Source: Bdellovibrionales bacterium
GTDB taxonomy: Bacteria > Bdellovibrionota > Bdellovibrionia > Bdellovibrionales > UBA1609
DNA: 32,000 nucleotides
NCBI GenBank assembly: GCA_963692945.1
Contig: OY843585.1
Span: 480,001 to 512,000 of the forward strand
Direction: 5' to 3'
Part shown: one piece after another, positions 1-8,090 of the stretch
Layout: every line of letters begins with the position of its first letter
Position numbering within the stretch: position 1 is the stretch's first letter
Position numbers and translations under genes: made by a program
The notes under the pieces: model-generated
The model's input: the letters and a program-made list of their open reading frames with translations, nothing else
Databases searched by the model: none
Told to the model about the DNA's origin: nothing

Positions 1-1
1 C

Positions 2-184
2 AGTTCCTAAAAAATCACCCCAGTCCTTCCAATCTTTTTTGTAAATAGAATTAGGATTGGTCGGAATGTTTTTTGGTTTTTTATTAGATTTAGCCCATTT
101 AACAAATGCTTTTCTATTTCTAAACTTCTGTAGATGAATGTATTTTCTGGCTTCAGTAAAAGTTTTATAGCTTTTTTGAGGCAT
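2..184 (-). CDS. partial CDS (N-terminal 61 aa, continues past window start): integrase-repeat-like domain protein
   Basis: Minus-strand ATG at 184-182, 1 nt after the stop of the XRE gene, open to the window edge. It is absent from the ORF track because no stop lies inside the window. My translation is MPQKSYKTFTEARKYIHLQKFRNRKAFVKWAKSNKKPKNIPTNPNSIYKKDWKDWGDFLGT. From memory this fits the ~55-aa integrase-repeat motif (F.EAR...W..W....P.NIP..P...Y...W..WGDFLG). Confidence 0.45.
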   Translation of the reverse strand, partial: MPQKSYKTFTEARKYIHLQKFRNRKAFVKWAKSNKKPKNIPTNPNSIYKKDWKDWGDFLGT

Positions 185-185
185 C

Positions 186-557
186 TTATTTTATTGGAAA
201 TCTAAATTCTTTGATAGACTGGATGTGTTTAATCATTACTAAAATCAATTGCAATTTCCATTCTTCATTGATGAGATAGACTGTGGATACAATTTCTTTT
301 TTCACTGTAGGTTCTTTTTTATTTTGCAATAGTTTTTTATTATCAATTTCAAAAAAGTATTTTATTGGAATTTTATAAGCCAATGCGATTTTTTGGAGAT
401 TGATGAGAGAAGCTCCCATGTGTCCTTTTTCTATTTTATTAAAATGAGCTTGATCAATACCAGCATTCAAAGCAAATTTTCTTTGAGATAAATTTAGTTT
501 TTTTCTTAGGTTAATTATGCTCAATCGGATATGGTTTTCTAAATGTTTTACTTTCAA
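186..557 (-). CDS. XRE-family helix-turn-helix transcriptional regulator
   Basis: 123-aa ORF. The N-terminal LNLSQRKFALNAGIDQAHFNKIEKGH is a typical HTH_3/XRE motif. It has a TTG start with AGGAG about 9 nt upstream. Confidence 0.8.
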   Translation of the reverse strand: MKVKHLENHIRLSIINLRKKLNLSQRKFALNAGIDQAHFNKIEKGHMGASLINLQKIALAYKIPIKYFFEIDNKKLLQNKKEPTVKKEIVSTVYLINEEWKLQLILVMIKHIQSIKEFRFPIK

Positions 558-785
558 AATGTCAAACTCCTTTCATTTTTAAAAAGCAAAAAGAATGTTT
601 TTATGGTTATAATTTTATATTTTTTGAAAAATTTCTATATTGATTATTTTACTTAACTATCTATAGTATAAATATACTTCACAAAGAGCTTCTTAAATGG
701 AAAAATCATTTTAAAATAGGTTCTTTTGGAGAAGAGTTTGTAATGCGAAATCGAGACTTCAGTTCAAAAAATAAAAAGGTAGGTA

Positions 786-1439
786 TTAGAGTTTTTGAAA
801 AAATTTGGGTTTAAACCCCTGCTTATTAATAATACTGGAACTGCTTCCTGTCGCTCTGATCACAAACAAACCCTCTTTCTCAGCTCTTTTGTCAGAAGAT
901 TGATTGGCTTTTAAATACGCAACGGCTCCATAAACTTTCTTACCTTTAAATTCTGGCATAAAATCCGTAACTCTATTTAATTTCTTAATAAAATAATTCA
1001 ACTCTTTAATATCTAAAGTTGTTTTCACTTCTACAACAACGATCTCTTCCCCATTGAAAGCTAAAATATCAAATTCAAATTGTTGTTCCCCGTGTTTTTT
1101 CAGTATATTTGTTGCCGTCCGATCAACTTGGATACCTTTTTGTTTTAGAAGTTTCACTAAATCTCCTTCAACTAAAGTTTCCATCAACTTACCCCAGTGA
1201 CCATTGAATTTTAAATCAGTCTCTCTTATTTGTTTGGTAGTTATTTCGTGTTGTATTCTAACCCTTTCAAAACCCTCTTCTGATCGTCTTTTGTATTCTT
1301 CTAGTTCTTTTTTTCGCTTTTCTTGTTCTTTTTTTTGCTTTTCTGCCATTTTTTTATCGTACTCTTTTTGCTCTTTAAAAAGTTGCCGAATTTCTGCAAA
1401 ATAAGCTTTAGCCTCTAAAACAGTAGATTTATTACTCAT
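786..1439 (-). CDS. coiled-coil protein with C-terminal PD-(D/E)xK-like (restriction-endonuclease-fold) motif, function unknown
   Basis: The track ORF is 786..1490. I prefer the ATG at 1439 (MSNKSTV...) because AAGGAG lies 5 nt upstream. The N-terminus is K/E-rich coiled coil (KEQKEYDKKMAEKQKKEQEKRKKELEEYKRR). The C-terminus carries FEFDILAF-x8-VVVEVKT, which reads as D...E.K. Confidence 0.6.
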   Translation of the reverse strand: MSNKSTVLEAKAYFAEIRQLFKEQKEYDKKMAEKQKKEQEKRKKELEEYKRRSEEGFERVRIQHEITTKQIRETDLKFNGHWGKLMETLVEGDLVKLLKQKGIQVDRTATNILKKHGEQQFEFDILAFNGEEIVVVEVKTTLDIKELNYFIKKLNRVTDFMPEFKGKKVYGAVAYLKANQSSDKRAEKEGLFVIRATGSSSSIINKQGFKPKFFQKL

Positions 1440-1559
1440 TATTTCTCCTTTTTTTAGTTTACCATAAGTTATATGCAAAAACCATGCCAAGTTTTATAAA
1501 GAAATATGAAAAACAAAGTTTTTTAGTTCAAATAAATTGTTAGTAATATCATCTTATCT

Positions 1560-1579
1560 CACCAACTCATTCAACAAAC
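1560..1579. repeat. 20-bp direct repeat caccaactcattcaacaaac, copy 1 (copy 2 at 1888-1907)
   Basis: Exact 20-mer read at both positions. Confidence 0.85.
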
Positions 1580-1692
1580 TCTATTTGCAAAAACCAGAAG
1601 GTTTTCTCTAGGAATACCTTTTTATTTTTTGAGATTTGAAGAGTGTCTCTCTTACGATGAAAAGCTCAAAAAATAAAAAGGAAGAACTAGAG

Positions 1693-1723
1693 TTTTATAA
1701 AATGGATGGGGCGGCAGGATTCG
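1693..1723. repeat. 31-bp perfect direct repeat of the tRNA-Gln 3' end plus 10 nt of flank (att-like), distal copy; proximal copy at 1977-2007
   Basis: ttttataaaatggatggggcggcaggattcg is identical at 1693-1723 and 1977-2007. The flanking bases differ on both sides. Confidence 0.9.
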
Positions 1724-1810
1724 CCTACTACATTCGTTCGCATCCAGCTCACTCATTGCGTAGGCTCACTTCAGTCACTAAGAAAAACATCCTGTTTTTC
1801 TTCCCTGTAT

Positions 1811-1856
1811 CACTTGCTCCTAAAGTCGCAAGTGATTTGCTCCTAAAGTCGCAAAT
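1811..1856. repeat. two tandem stem-loops sharing the loop tcctaaagtc (18-mer ttgctcctaaagtcgcaa repeated at 1814-1831 and 1837-1854)
   Basis: CACTTGC-tcctaaagtc-GCAAGTG is followed immediately by ATTTGC-tcctaaagtc-GCAAAT. Confidence 0.7.
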
Positions 1857-1887
1857 AATACAGGTCGTTCCTTCACTTCGAATCCTG

Positions 1888-1907
1888 CACCAACTCATTC
1901 AACAAAC
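1888..1907. repeat. 20-bp direct repeat copy 2, immediately preceded by a plus-strand tRNA T-arm-like fragment ttcgaatcctgc (1877-1888)
   Basis: Exact match to 1560-1579. The 12-mer TTCGAATCCTGC is the same T-loop/T-stem string as in tRNA-Gln, but in the opposite orientation. Confidence 0.8.
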
Positions 1908-1986
1908 AGGGCTAGAGAGAACAAAAAAAGCAAAGTTAAAACTTTACTTTTTTTCTTCTTATAGGTTTTGATTATCTTTTATAAAA

Positions 1987-2061
1987 TGGATGGGGCGGCA
2001 GGATTCGAACCTGCGAATGACAGAATCAAAATCTGTTGACTTACCACTTGTCGACGCCCCA
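1987..2061 (-). tRNA. tRNA-Gln (anticodon UUG), CCA encoded
   Basis: Manual cloverleaf fold. Acceptor stem TGGGGCG/CGCCCCA. D-loop AAGTGGTAA. Anticodon stem ACAGA/TCTGT with loop TT-TTG-AT. Variable region CATTC. T-arm GCAGG-TTCGAAT-CCTGC. Discriminator T followed by CCA. Length 75 nt. Confidence 0.9.
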
Positions 2062-2207
2062 TAGGCAACAAAAATATCTCTAATTTTTAATTTAAAATCA
2101 AGAGTTTTTATTGAAAAAAACAATACTCTTATGGAAAAATAAAATCTACAAAGTCTTTTTTTGAAAGTGATACAAAATAATACTTTAAAGTAAAATCTCT
2201 AATAGAT

Positions 2208-2489
2208 CTAAGCCATTTCTTTGAGAGTGTTTTGATATTCTTCTATGACAGCATTTTCAATTTCGTCTCTTGTACTTTTGTTGATAGGATGAGCAATATC
2301 TTTATAAACATCTCTATCACTATTGCCACTTTTTATTTTTTTACTTGGCATGGCTACAAAAAGTTTATCCTCTGTTTTGATAATACGAAGGTCATGAACT
2401 ACAAAACAATCATCAATAGTGATGCTTGCAAAGGCTTTTAGAGGGTCTTGTCTTGACATTAAACTGATTTTTATTTCTGTTATTTTCAT
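2208..2489 (-). CDS. spoVG: SpoVG family protein
   Basis: MKITEIKISLMSRQDPLKAFASITIDDCFVVHDLRIIKTEDKLFVAMPSKK is a typical SpoVG N-terminus. The ATG at 2489 is preferred over 2501 because GGAG lies 6 nt upstream. Confidence 0.85.
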   Translation of the reverse strand: MKITEIKISLMSRQDPLKAFASITIDDCFVVHDLRIIKTEDKLFVAMPSKKIKSGNSDRDVYKDIAHPINKSTRDEIENAVIEEYQNTLKEMA

Positions 2490-2821
2490 TGCAGTCTCCA
2501 CTATAATTCTTATCGGGAGTTTAAGAATGAGGTGTTAATAAGAATGAACTTTAAAACAGTAATTTTTGAGAGACAGGACTTAAAGTCTAAGTTTTATCTT
2601 AAAAGCAAGATATTAGTCTTAGTGATGTTCTCATAAAAAAACAAAAGTGATCTTAAAGTGCATTTTGCACTACGAATATTTTCACTTTGCTTTTGATGAA
2701 TATTCAGAAGAAACTCTTAAAGTCATTTTGCACCCCACCAGTCAAAACGAGAGGGGATAAGATTTATAACTTTCAATAGGATATAAAAAATCTATTGTCC
2801 AAAAGAAATCAGAAGAAACTT

Positions 2822-4153
2822 TTAAAGCCTTATTTTTATTATAAAAGCAAGATACTGGTTATAACCTCTATGGTATCTTAAAACTTGTATCAGATGATGG
2901 CCTTTTTTTAATTTTAATTTGAGTTGACGAATGGAAGTGATAGTTTGTCCGTTCACTTGAGAAATAGAGTCACCAACTTGTAACCCAGCTCTATCGGCTA
3001 AAGAGTTTTTTTGAACATGAGTCACTATAAGATAGGTTGCTCCTAGATTAGGAAGATTAAATTGGTTCAGAAGTTTAGAGCTTGGTTTTGAAACTTTAAA
3101 TCCCACTTTAGAAATGTGGCCTCCTTTTCCAGCAATAGGGCTTTGAGGGTTTATAGAAGAAAAACTATTTTTAGAAAGTATTTTTGGTGTGATGGTGAAA
3201 GTTTTTTTTCTACCGTTTCGTAAAACAGTTATTTTTGATTTTTTTCCAACAGGTGTTTTATCAACAGCTTTTGGTAAATCTCTAGATTTTTTAATAGAGT
3301 TAGAATTGAATTTTATAATAGTATCTCCTATTTTTAATCCTGCTTGGTCAGCAGGGCTATTTCTTACAACACCTGTAATGACAGCTCCTTTATAATCTTG
3401 TCGGAATTGAATACCAATAAAACCTCTTCTTACATAGCCATAATTTTTTAAATCTTCTAAAACTGTTTTTACATTGTTAATAGGTATGGCAAAACTGATA
3501 CCATTTGCACCAGCTGCAATCGCATTGTTCACACCTACAACTTCCCCTTTTAAATTAACAAGAGGTCCTCCTGAGTTTCCAGGATTTATACTTGCATCGG
3601 TTTGTAGTAGAGGAAATAAATTTAAATCATCAATTTCTCTTTTAATGGCAGAGATGATTCCTTTAGTCATTGTATGACCGTAGCCATGAGGATTCCCAAT
3701 AGCAGCAACCCACTCACCAACTTGAAGTTTTTGACTATCGCCAAACTCTATAGGCTTAAGTGATTTTTTGACATTCACTTTTAAAAGAGCAATGTCACTG
3801 GATCGATCTGCTCCTAAAATTTTAGCAGGATAAAGTTTTGTATCATTTTCAAATTGAACTTGTATTTTATCAGAACCTTTAACAACATGAGCATTGGTTA
3901 CAATCAATCCATCCTTACTAATAATAAAACCAGAACCAGAACCCATCATTTGAGGAGTTTGATGAGGGATGTACAAGCCAGGTCCTAACTTTAGATAACT
4001 TTTCCCTTGTTTTTTTTGAGTTGAAATATTGACTACACTTGGTTGGACTTTTTTTGCTAAGTGAATGAAAACGGTATTGGGGTCAATCGCTTGTGAATAG
4101 TGAAAGAAAAAAGAAAAAAGAATTGTAAAAAAAAGTTGTAAAATTTTTTTCAT
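2822..4153 (-). CDS. htrA: periplasmic serine endoprotease, HtrA/DegP/DegQ family (trypsin domain plus two PDZ)
   Basis: N-terminal signal peptide. Catalytic triad contexts TNAHVV (His), DIALLKV (Asp) and GNSGGPLVN (Ser). Two PDZ-like segments (SPADQAGLKIGDTII and SLADRAGLQVGDSI). Confidence 0.9.
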   Translation of the reverse strand: MKKILQLFFTILFSFFFHYSQAIDPNTVFIHLAKKVQPSVVNISTQKKQGKSYLKLGPGLYIPHQTPQMMGSGSGFIISKDGLIVTNAHVVKGSDKIQVQFENDTKLYPAKILGADRSSDIALLKVNVKKSLKPIEFGDSQKLQVGEWVAAIGNPHGYGHTMTKGIISAIKREIDDLNLFPLLQTDASINPGNSGGPLVNLKGEVVGVNNAIAAGANGISFAIPINNVKTVLEDLKNYGYVRRGFIGIQFRQDYKGAVITGVVRNSPADQAGLKIGDTIIKFNSNSIKKSRDLPKAVDKTPVGKKSKITVLRNGRKKTFTITPKILSKNSFSSINPQSPIAGKGGHISKVGFKVSKPSSKLLNQFNLPNLGATYLIVTHVQKNSLADRAGLQVGDSISQVNGQTITSIRQLKLKLKKGHHLIQVLRYHRGYNQYLAFIIKIRL

Positions 4154-4166
4154 ATCTTAGCCCTCT

Positions 4167-4439
4167 TTATTTTGATTTTGAAGTTTCTTTATTCACTTGT
4201 ATAAAATGAAGTTTGAGATCTTTTAAACAATCTTTAATCAATTTAGATTCTTCGGGTGTTAAATTGTTTTCGGTTTTGTCTTTTATAATTTCAAGTAAAT
4301 CAATATTGTAACGAGCCATTTCTAAATTTTTTTCATCTTTAGAGCTGGGGTCTAAACCCATTTTTAAAATGGTGCTTGTAGCCATAGACATAACTAAAGA
4401 TGAGAAACTCGGTTCTAATTTTTTTGTATCTTCTTCCAT
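4167..4439 (-). CDS. DUF1844 domain protein
   Basis: FSSLVMSMATSTILKMGL...NLEMARYNIDLLEIIKDKTENNLTPEE matches the DUF1844 consensus as I remember it. GAGAGG RBS upstream. Confidence 0.65.
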   Translation of the reverse strand: MEEDTKKLEPSFSSLVMSMATSTILKMGLDPSSKDEKNLEMARYNIDLLEIIKDKTENNLTPEESKLIKDCLKDLKLHFIQVNKETSKSK

Positions 4440-4455
4440 AAGTACCTCTCTTTTT

Positions 4456-5262
4456 TTAAGGTGGGTAAGAGCCTATTAAGTTTTTGACTCTTGATCTTAT
4501 TTTAGGGTGAAGAAAAGTATAGCCTATTGATTTGATGTTCGTCAAGGGGTTAGTGAGGAAGACAGGGGCAAAAAAAGTAGGAAAATTTCTTTTTTCCTGT
4601 TTGTAAAGAGAATCCACTTTCCATAAAAACGAAGCCCATAATCTTTTTTCTTTTTCTGTTTTCATAAATTGACGATCTAATTTTAAGAAGAGAGGCCTTG
4701 TTAGCCAACTCCAAATAGAAAGATTCCAAACCCTAAGGAAATTTATAGATTTGTTTTTTTGAAAGAATCTCAATGGGGAGTTGAGTACAAATAAAAGACG
4801 ATCCATACAATAAATGATTCCGCTAAGTAGGGTTAGAAATAAAATAGATCCACGAGAAATAGCCTGAAAGTAGTAAGATAATAGAAGTTTTATTTCTTTT
4901 TCTGAAAATGTATCCAACAGTTGCTCTGAAAAAATAATAGAATAATTTTTTGGAGTTCCAAAACAAACACTTACTGGATAGTCCATTTTTGTTTTGTAGC
5001 AATGGAGATTTTCTAAATCAGCCTCTTTTTGCATTTTTTTGAAGGAAGTCATAACCTTCCAAGGGTCATTAGGGCTAAAATGTTGGTGAGTGAAGTTCTT
5101 TAAAATTTTAAGTGAATGAAATTGATAAAGATAGATATTAAAAACGCACAGAAGGGCTAGTGTGGGGATAAGGAATGGAAGTTTTAAAAAAAAGAGAACC
5201 AATAAACAAGGAAAAAGGTTTATAAATATTAACAAAAAGAAAGATTGGAAAAGAGGTTTCAT
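4456..5262 (-). CDS. polytopic membrane protein, HtpX/M48-peptidase-like layout but lacking HExxH
   Basis: Two N-terminal TM helices, a soluble stretch, then further TM helices. Where M48 enzymes carry HExxH this protein has LLLSYYFQAIS. The C-terminal FLHPKIRSRVKNL resembles the M48 HP...R motif. Confidence 0.5.
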   Translation of the reverse strand: MKPLFQSFFLLIFINLFPCLLVLFFLKLPFLIPTLALLCVFNIYLYQFHSLKILKNFTHQHFSPNDPWKVMTSFKKMQKEADLENLHCYKTKMDYPVSVCFGTPKNYSIIFSEQLLDTFSEKEIKLLLSYYFQAISRGSILFLTLLSGIIYCMDRLLFVLNSPLRFFQKNKSINFLRVWNLSIWSWLTRPLFLKLDRQFMKTEKEKRLWASFLWKVDSLYKQEKRNFPTFFAPVFLTNPLTNIKSIGYTFLHPKIRSRVKNLIGSYPP

Positions 5263-5289
5263 TAAAATCCTTTAGAAGTAAATAATTTT

Positions 5290-5317
5290 TTGCTTTAAAT
5301 AAAAAACATTATATAAT
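5290..5317 (+). promoter_or_regulatory. candidate sigma70-type promoter for the moxR/bat operon
   Basis: TTGCTT (5290-5295), 16-nt spacer, TATAAT (5312-5317), 70 nt upstream of the ATG at 5387. This is a sequence match only. Confidence 0.35.
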
Positions 5318-5386
5318 AGGTTCTTGCTTAACAAGAAAAAAATAGATAAAAGAATTGTTTATTAAATAAGAAGGAGGGGGGTTTTT

Positions 5387-6376
5387 ATGGAAGAAACTCA
5401 AAATATTTCAAAGTCTTCAGATGAATACAATAAGGTTCAAAGCCTTTTTCATGAAGTAAAAAAGGTTATAGTTGGTCAAGATCAAATGATACAAGGGATA
5501 CTGACTGGGCTTTTCACGGGAGGGCATATTTTAATTGAAGGGTTTCCGGGTTTGGCTAAAACTTTATCTATTTCTACAGTGGCTAAAGCGGTTTCTTTAA
5601 AATTTCAACGAGTTCAATGCACTCCTGACTTACTTCCTACAGATATTATTGGCACTACAATTTTCAATGCAAACACTCAAGAATTTAAACCGAAAAAAGG
5701 ACCTATATTCACAAATATTTTATTAACAGATGAAATCAACAGAGCTCCTGCTAAAGTTCAAAGTGCTTTGTTGGAGGCTATGGGAGAAAAACAAGTGACC
5801 ATTGGAGATGTAAGCTATGCTCTATCTGAAACGTTTGTGGTGTTAGCCACCCAAAATCCTATTGAGCAAGAAGGGACTTTCATTCTTCCAGAAGCACAAA
5901 GAGATCGGTTTTTATTTCAAGTGAAAGTGGATTATCCAGAAGAAGAGGAAGAGATGATGATCTTAAATCGTAGCTTTCAAGAAAAATTTTTAGATGTAAA
6001 AACGGTTCTCACACAAGAAGATCTTTTTAAGATTAAAGAATCCATTAAGGGAGTTTTTATTCATGATAAAATAAAAAAATATATTGTGGATATTGTTTTA
6101 GCTTCTCGTAAGCCAAAAGAGTACGGGCTTCCTGAATTAGAAGATCTCATTGAAGTTGGAGCTTCTCCTAGGGCTACAGTTTATTTTCCAAAGGCTTGTA
6201 AAGCGAGGGCTTTTTTTCAAGGAAGAGATTATGTTTCAGCCAATGATGTCAAAGCCGTGGCCTTACCTTTATTAAGGCATAGACTTATCTTATCTTATGA
6301 GGCTCAGGCAGAAAGCATAACCCCTGACGATGTCATAAAAGATTTAATTAAAAATATAGAGGTTTTAGAAAATTGA
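5387..6376 (+). CDS. MoxR-like AAA+ ATPase
   Basis: Walker A GFPGLAKT, Walker B LLTDEINRA, and the typical MoxR tail (GASPRA...). Strong AGGAGG RBS. Confidence 0.9.
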   Translation: MEETQNISKSSDEYNKVQSLFHEVKKVIVGQDQMIQGILTGLFTGGHILIEGFPGLAKTLSISTVAKAVSLKFQRVQCTPDLLPTDIIGTTIFNANTQEFKPKKGPIFTNILLTDEINRAPAKVQSALLEAMGEKQVTIGDVSYALSETFVVLATQNPIEQEGTFILPEAQRDRFLFQVKVDYPEEEEEMMILNRSFQEKFLDVKTVLTQEDLFKIKESIKGVFIHDKIKKYIVDIVLASRKPKEYGLPELEDLIEVGASPRATVYFPKACKARAFFQGRDYVSANDVKAVALPLLRHRLILSYEAQAESITPDDVIKDLIKNIEVLEN

Positions 6377-7281
6377 ATAAAGAGTCAGACAAGGAGATAC
6401 TTAAAAAAGTCCGACAAATTGATATTCGTTTGAGACGAAAAGTTCATCATTTGTTTTCAGGGCAGTATCGCTCAGCATTTAAAGGGCAGGGTATGGTTTT
6501 TTCTGATTTTAGAGAATATGTTCCAGGGGATGATGTTCGTGCTATATCTTGGAATGTAACTGCAAAAATGTCCCGACCCATTGTAAAAACTTTTGAAGAA
6601 GATAGAGAAACTCAAATTCTTTTATTAGTGGATGCTAGTTCCTCTTTAAATTTTGGAGTGGGGAAACAATCCAAGTCAGAGGTTGTTAATTTGTTAACGG
6701 CACTTGTTGCTTTTTGTGCTCAAAAAAATCAGGATGCTGTAGGTCTTTTACTTTTTGCAGGAGATGTTCAACTTTATCTACCTCCAAAAAGAGGATCTCA
6801 CCATGTTTTTCGTATTATTAAAGAAGTTTGTAATAGGAAAAAACAAGCTTCTCAGGCTGGATTTCATGAATCTCTTGGTTTTTTACACAAAGTTTTAAAT
6901 CGGCGAAGTCATATCTTTTTATTTAGTGATTTTTTATGGCCTTTTTCTTTTGAACACGCTTTAAGAAAATTGGGAAACCGTCATGACGTTGTTAGTGTTA
7001 TTGTATCGGATTTATTTGAAAGAGAAATTCCCCCTTTAGGGCTTGTAGATGTAGAAGATTTAGAAACAGGAAAAAATAGGACTCTTGATTTTTCTTCTTT
7101 GTTTTTCCAAAAACACCATAAAAAAATAATGAAAGAAGCAAGAATGAAAAGAAGCAAAGAATTGTTACGATCTAAATCAGAGCAAATTTTTGTAGATACA
7201 AGTAAAGATATTTATCAACCTTTCATTCAGTTTTTTCAAAAGAGAGCACAACATCCTATATCAGTGACGCAAGCAAAATGA
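6373..7281 (+). CDS. DUF58 domain protein (MoxR partner, VWA-like)
   Basis: FREYVPGDDVRAISWNVTAK is the DUF58 signature. The TTG start overlaps the moxR stop, and the exact start is uncertain. Confidence 0.8.
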   Translation: MNKESDKEILKKVRQIDIRLRRKVHHLFSGQYRSAFKGQGMVFSDFREYVPGDDVRAISWNVTAKMSRPIVKTFEEDRETQILLLVDASSSLNFGVGKQSKSEVVNLLTALVAFCAQKNQDAVGLLLFAGDVQLYLPPKRGSHHVFRIIKEVCNRKKQASQAGFHESLGFLHKVLNRRSHIFLFSDFLWPFSFEHALRKLGNRHDVVSVIVSDLFEREIPPLGLVDVEDLETGKNRTLDFSSLFFQKHHKKIMKEARMKRSKELLRSKSEQIFVDTSKDIYQPFIQFFQKRAQHPISVTQAK

Positions 7282-8090
7282 AAAAGTGGAATTGTGAACT
7301 AAAAAATCCTCCTCAAAAAATCACAGTAGGGACAAAACTTCAGTTGTCTTGTGATGGAGAGATACCTACATCTTTAGGTAAAAAAAATTTGAGTATTATT
7401 TTTCCAAAAAAAGAGAATGCTTACAAATTGCATTTTTTAAAAACACTTAATATAAAAGAGGGTCATATAGATTTAGAGGTGACGTCTTATAAAACAGGAT
7501 TTTTTGAAGGCTCTTTTACAATCACTGATGGTTTGGAAAGTTTTGTTGTGGAAAATTTTTCTTTTCAAGTTGATTCTGTATTGTCTAAAAATCAGCAAGT
7601 TAAACCTCATGGAGCCTTTGGACCTTGGAAAGAGCCAATTCCTTTTTCTTATTTTTTATTTTGTGGATTAACCCTATCTTTATTTTTGGCTATGACTGGT
7701 ATTCTTTTTTATCGTTTCTTTCAAAGAAAAAAATTAAAAGAAAGGATTGCAACGAGATTGCAGGGGCGTTGGCCAAGTAAAATTTTTATTAAAAATCTAA
7801 GAAGGTTGAGCAAACATTCATCACATTATATTTCTGATCTGGAAGTTCTTTTTAAAATTTTTTTAGAAAACCTTTTTTGTATCCCTACTTTAAAAAAGAG
7901 TTCTTTTCAAATTTTGCATTCTTTAAGAAAATATGAAACTTCTATTTACAAAAAACACTCTAATGAAATTCGTCAACTTTTAAAGGAGCTGAAAAAAATG
8001 AAAGAGCAAAAAGTGAAACAAGAAATACACTTTCAATTAGAGAAAACTTGTAAGGATCTGGTTTTTCTATTAGAGGAGGAGAAAAAATAA
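7278..8090 (+). CDS. hypothetical single-pass membrane protein of the Bat cluster
   Basis: ATGA overlap with the DUF58 stop. One central TM helix (FSYFLFCGLTLSLFLAMTGILFY). No motif recognised. Confidence 0.6.
   Translation: MKKWNCELKNPPQKITVGTKLQLSCDGEIPTSLGKKNLSIIFPKKENAYKLHFLKTLNIKEGHIDLEVTSYKTGFFEGSFTITDGLESFVVENFSFQVDSVLSKNQQVKPHGAFGPWKEPIPFSYFLFCGLTLSLFLAMTGILFYRFFQRKKLKERIATRLQGRWPSKIFIKNLRRLSKHSSHYISDLEVLFKIFLENLFCIPTLKKSSFQILHSLRKYETSIYKKHSNEIRQLLKELKKMKEQKVKQEIHFQLEKTCKDLVFLLEEEKK

Noticed and set aside
743-814. 23-aa mini-ORF (MRNRDFSSKNKKVGIRVFEKIWV) with GGAG upstream, divergent from the XRE gene
   Set aside because: It is too short to support and overlaps the 3' end of the 786-1439 gene on the other strand. 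It is noted only as a possible cro-like partner.
1204-1404. Antisense shadow ORFs in the track: 1204-1404, 2232-2441, 3189-3395, 3474-3677, 12058-12300, 24997-25212, 25727-25918, 30279-30479, 31405-31653
   Set aside because: Each lies wholly inside a longer, motif-supported gene on the opposite strand, and their translations are low-complexity or hydrophobic artefacts.
1636-1971. 111-aa plus-strand ORF in the tRNA-flanking region
   Set aside because: It runs straight through the duplicated tRNA 3' end, the twin hairpins and the T-arm fragment. It has no convincing RBS and an odd composition. It is most likely a chance ORF across att scars.
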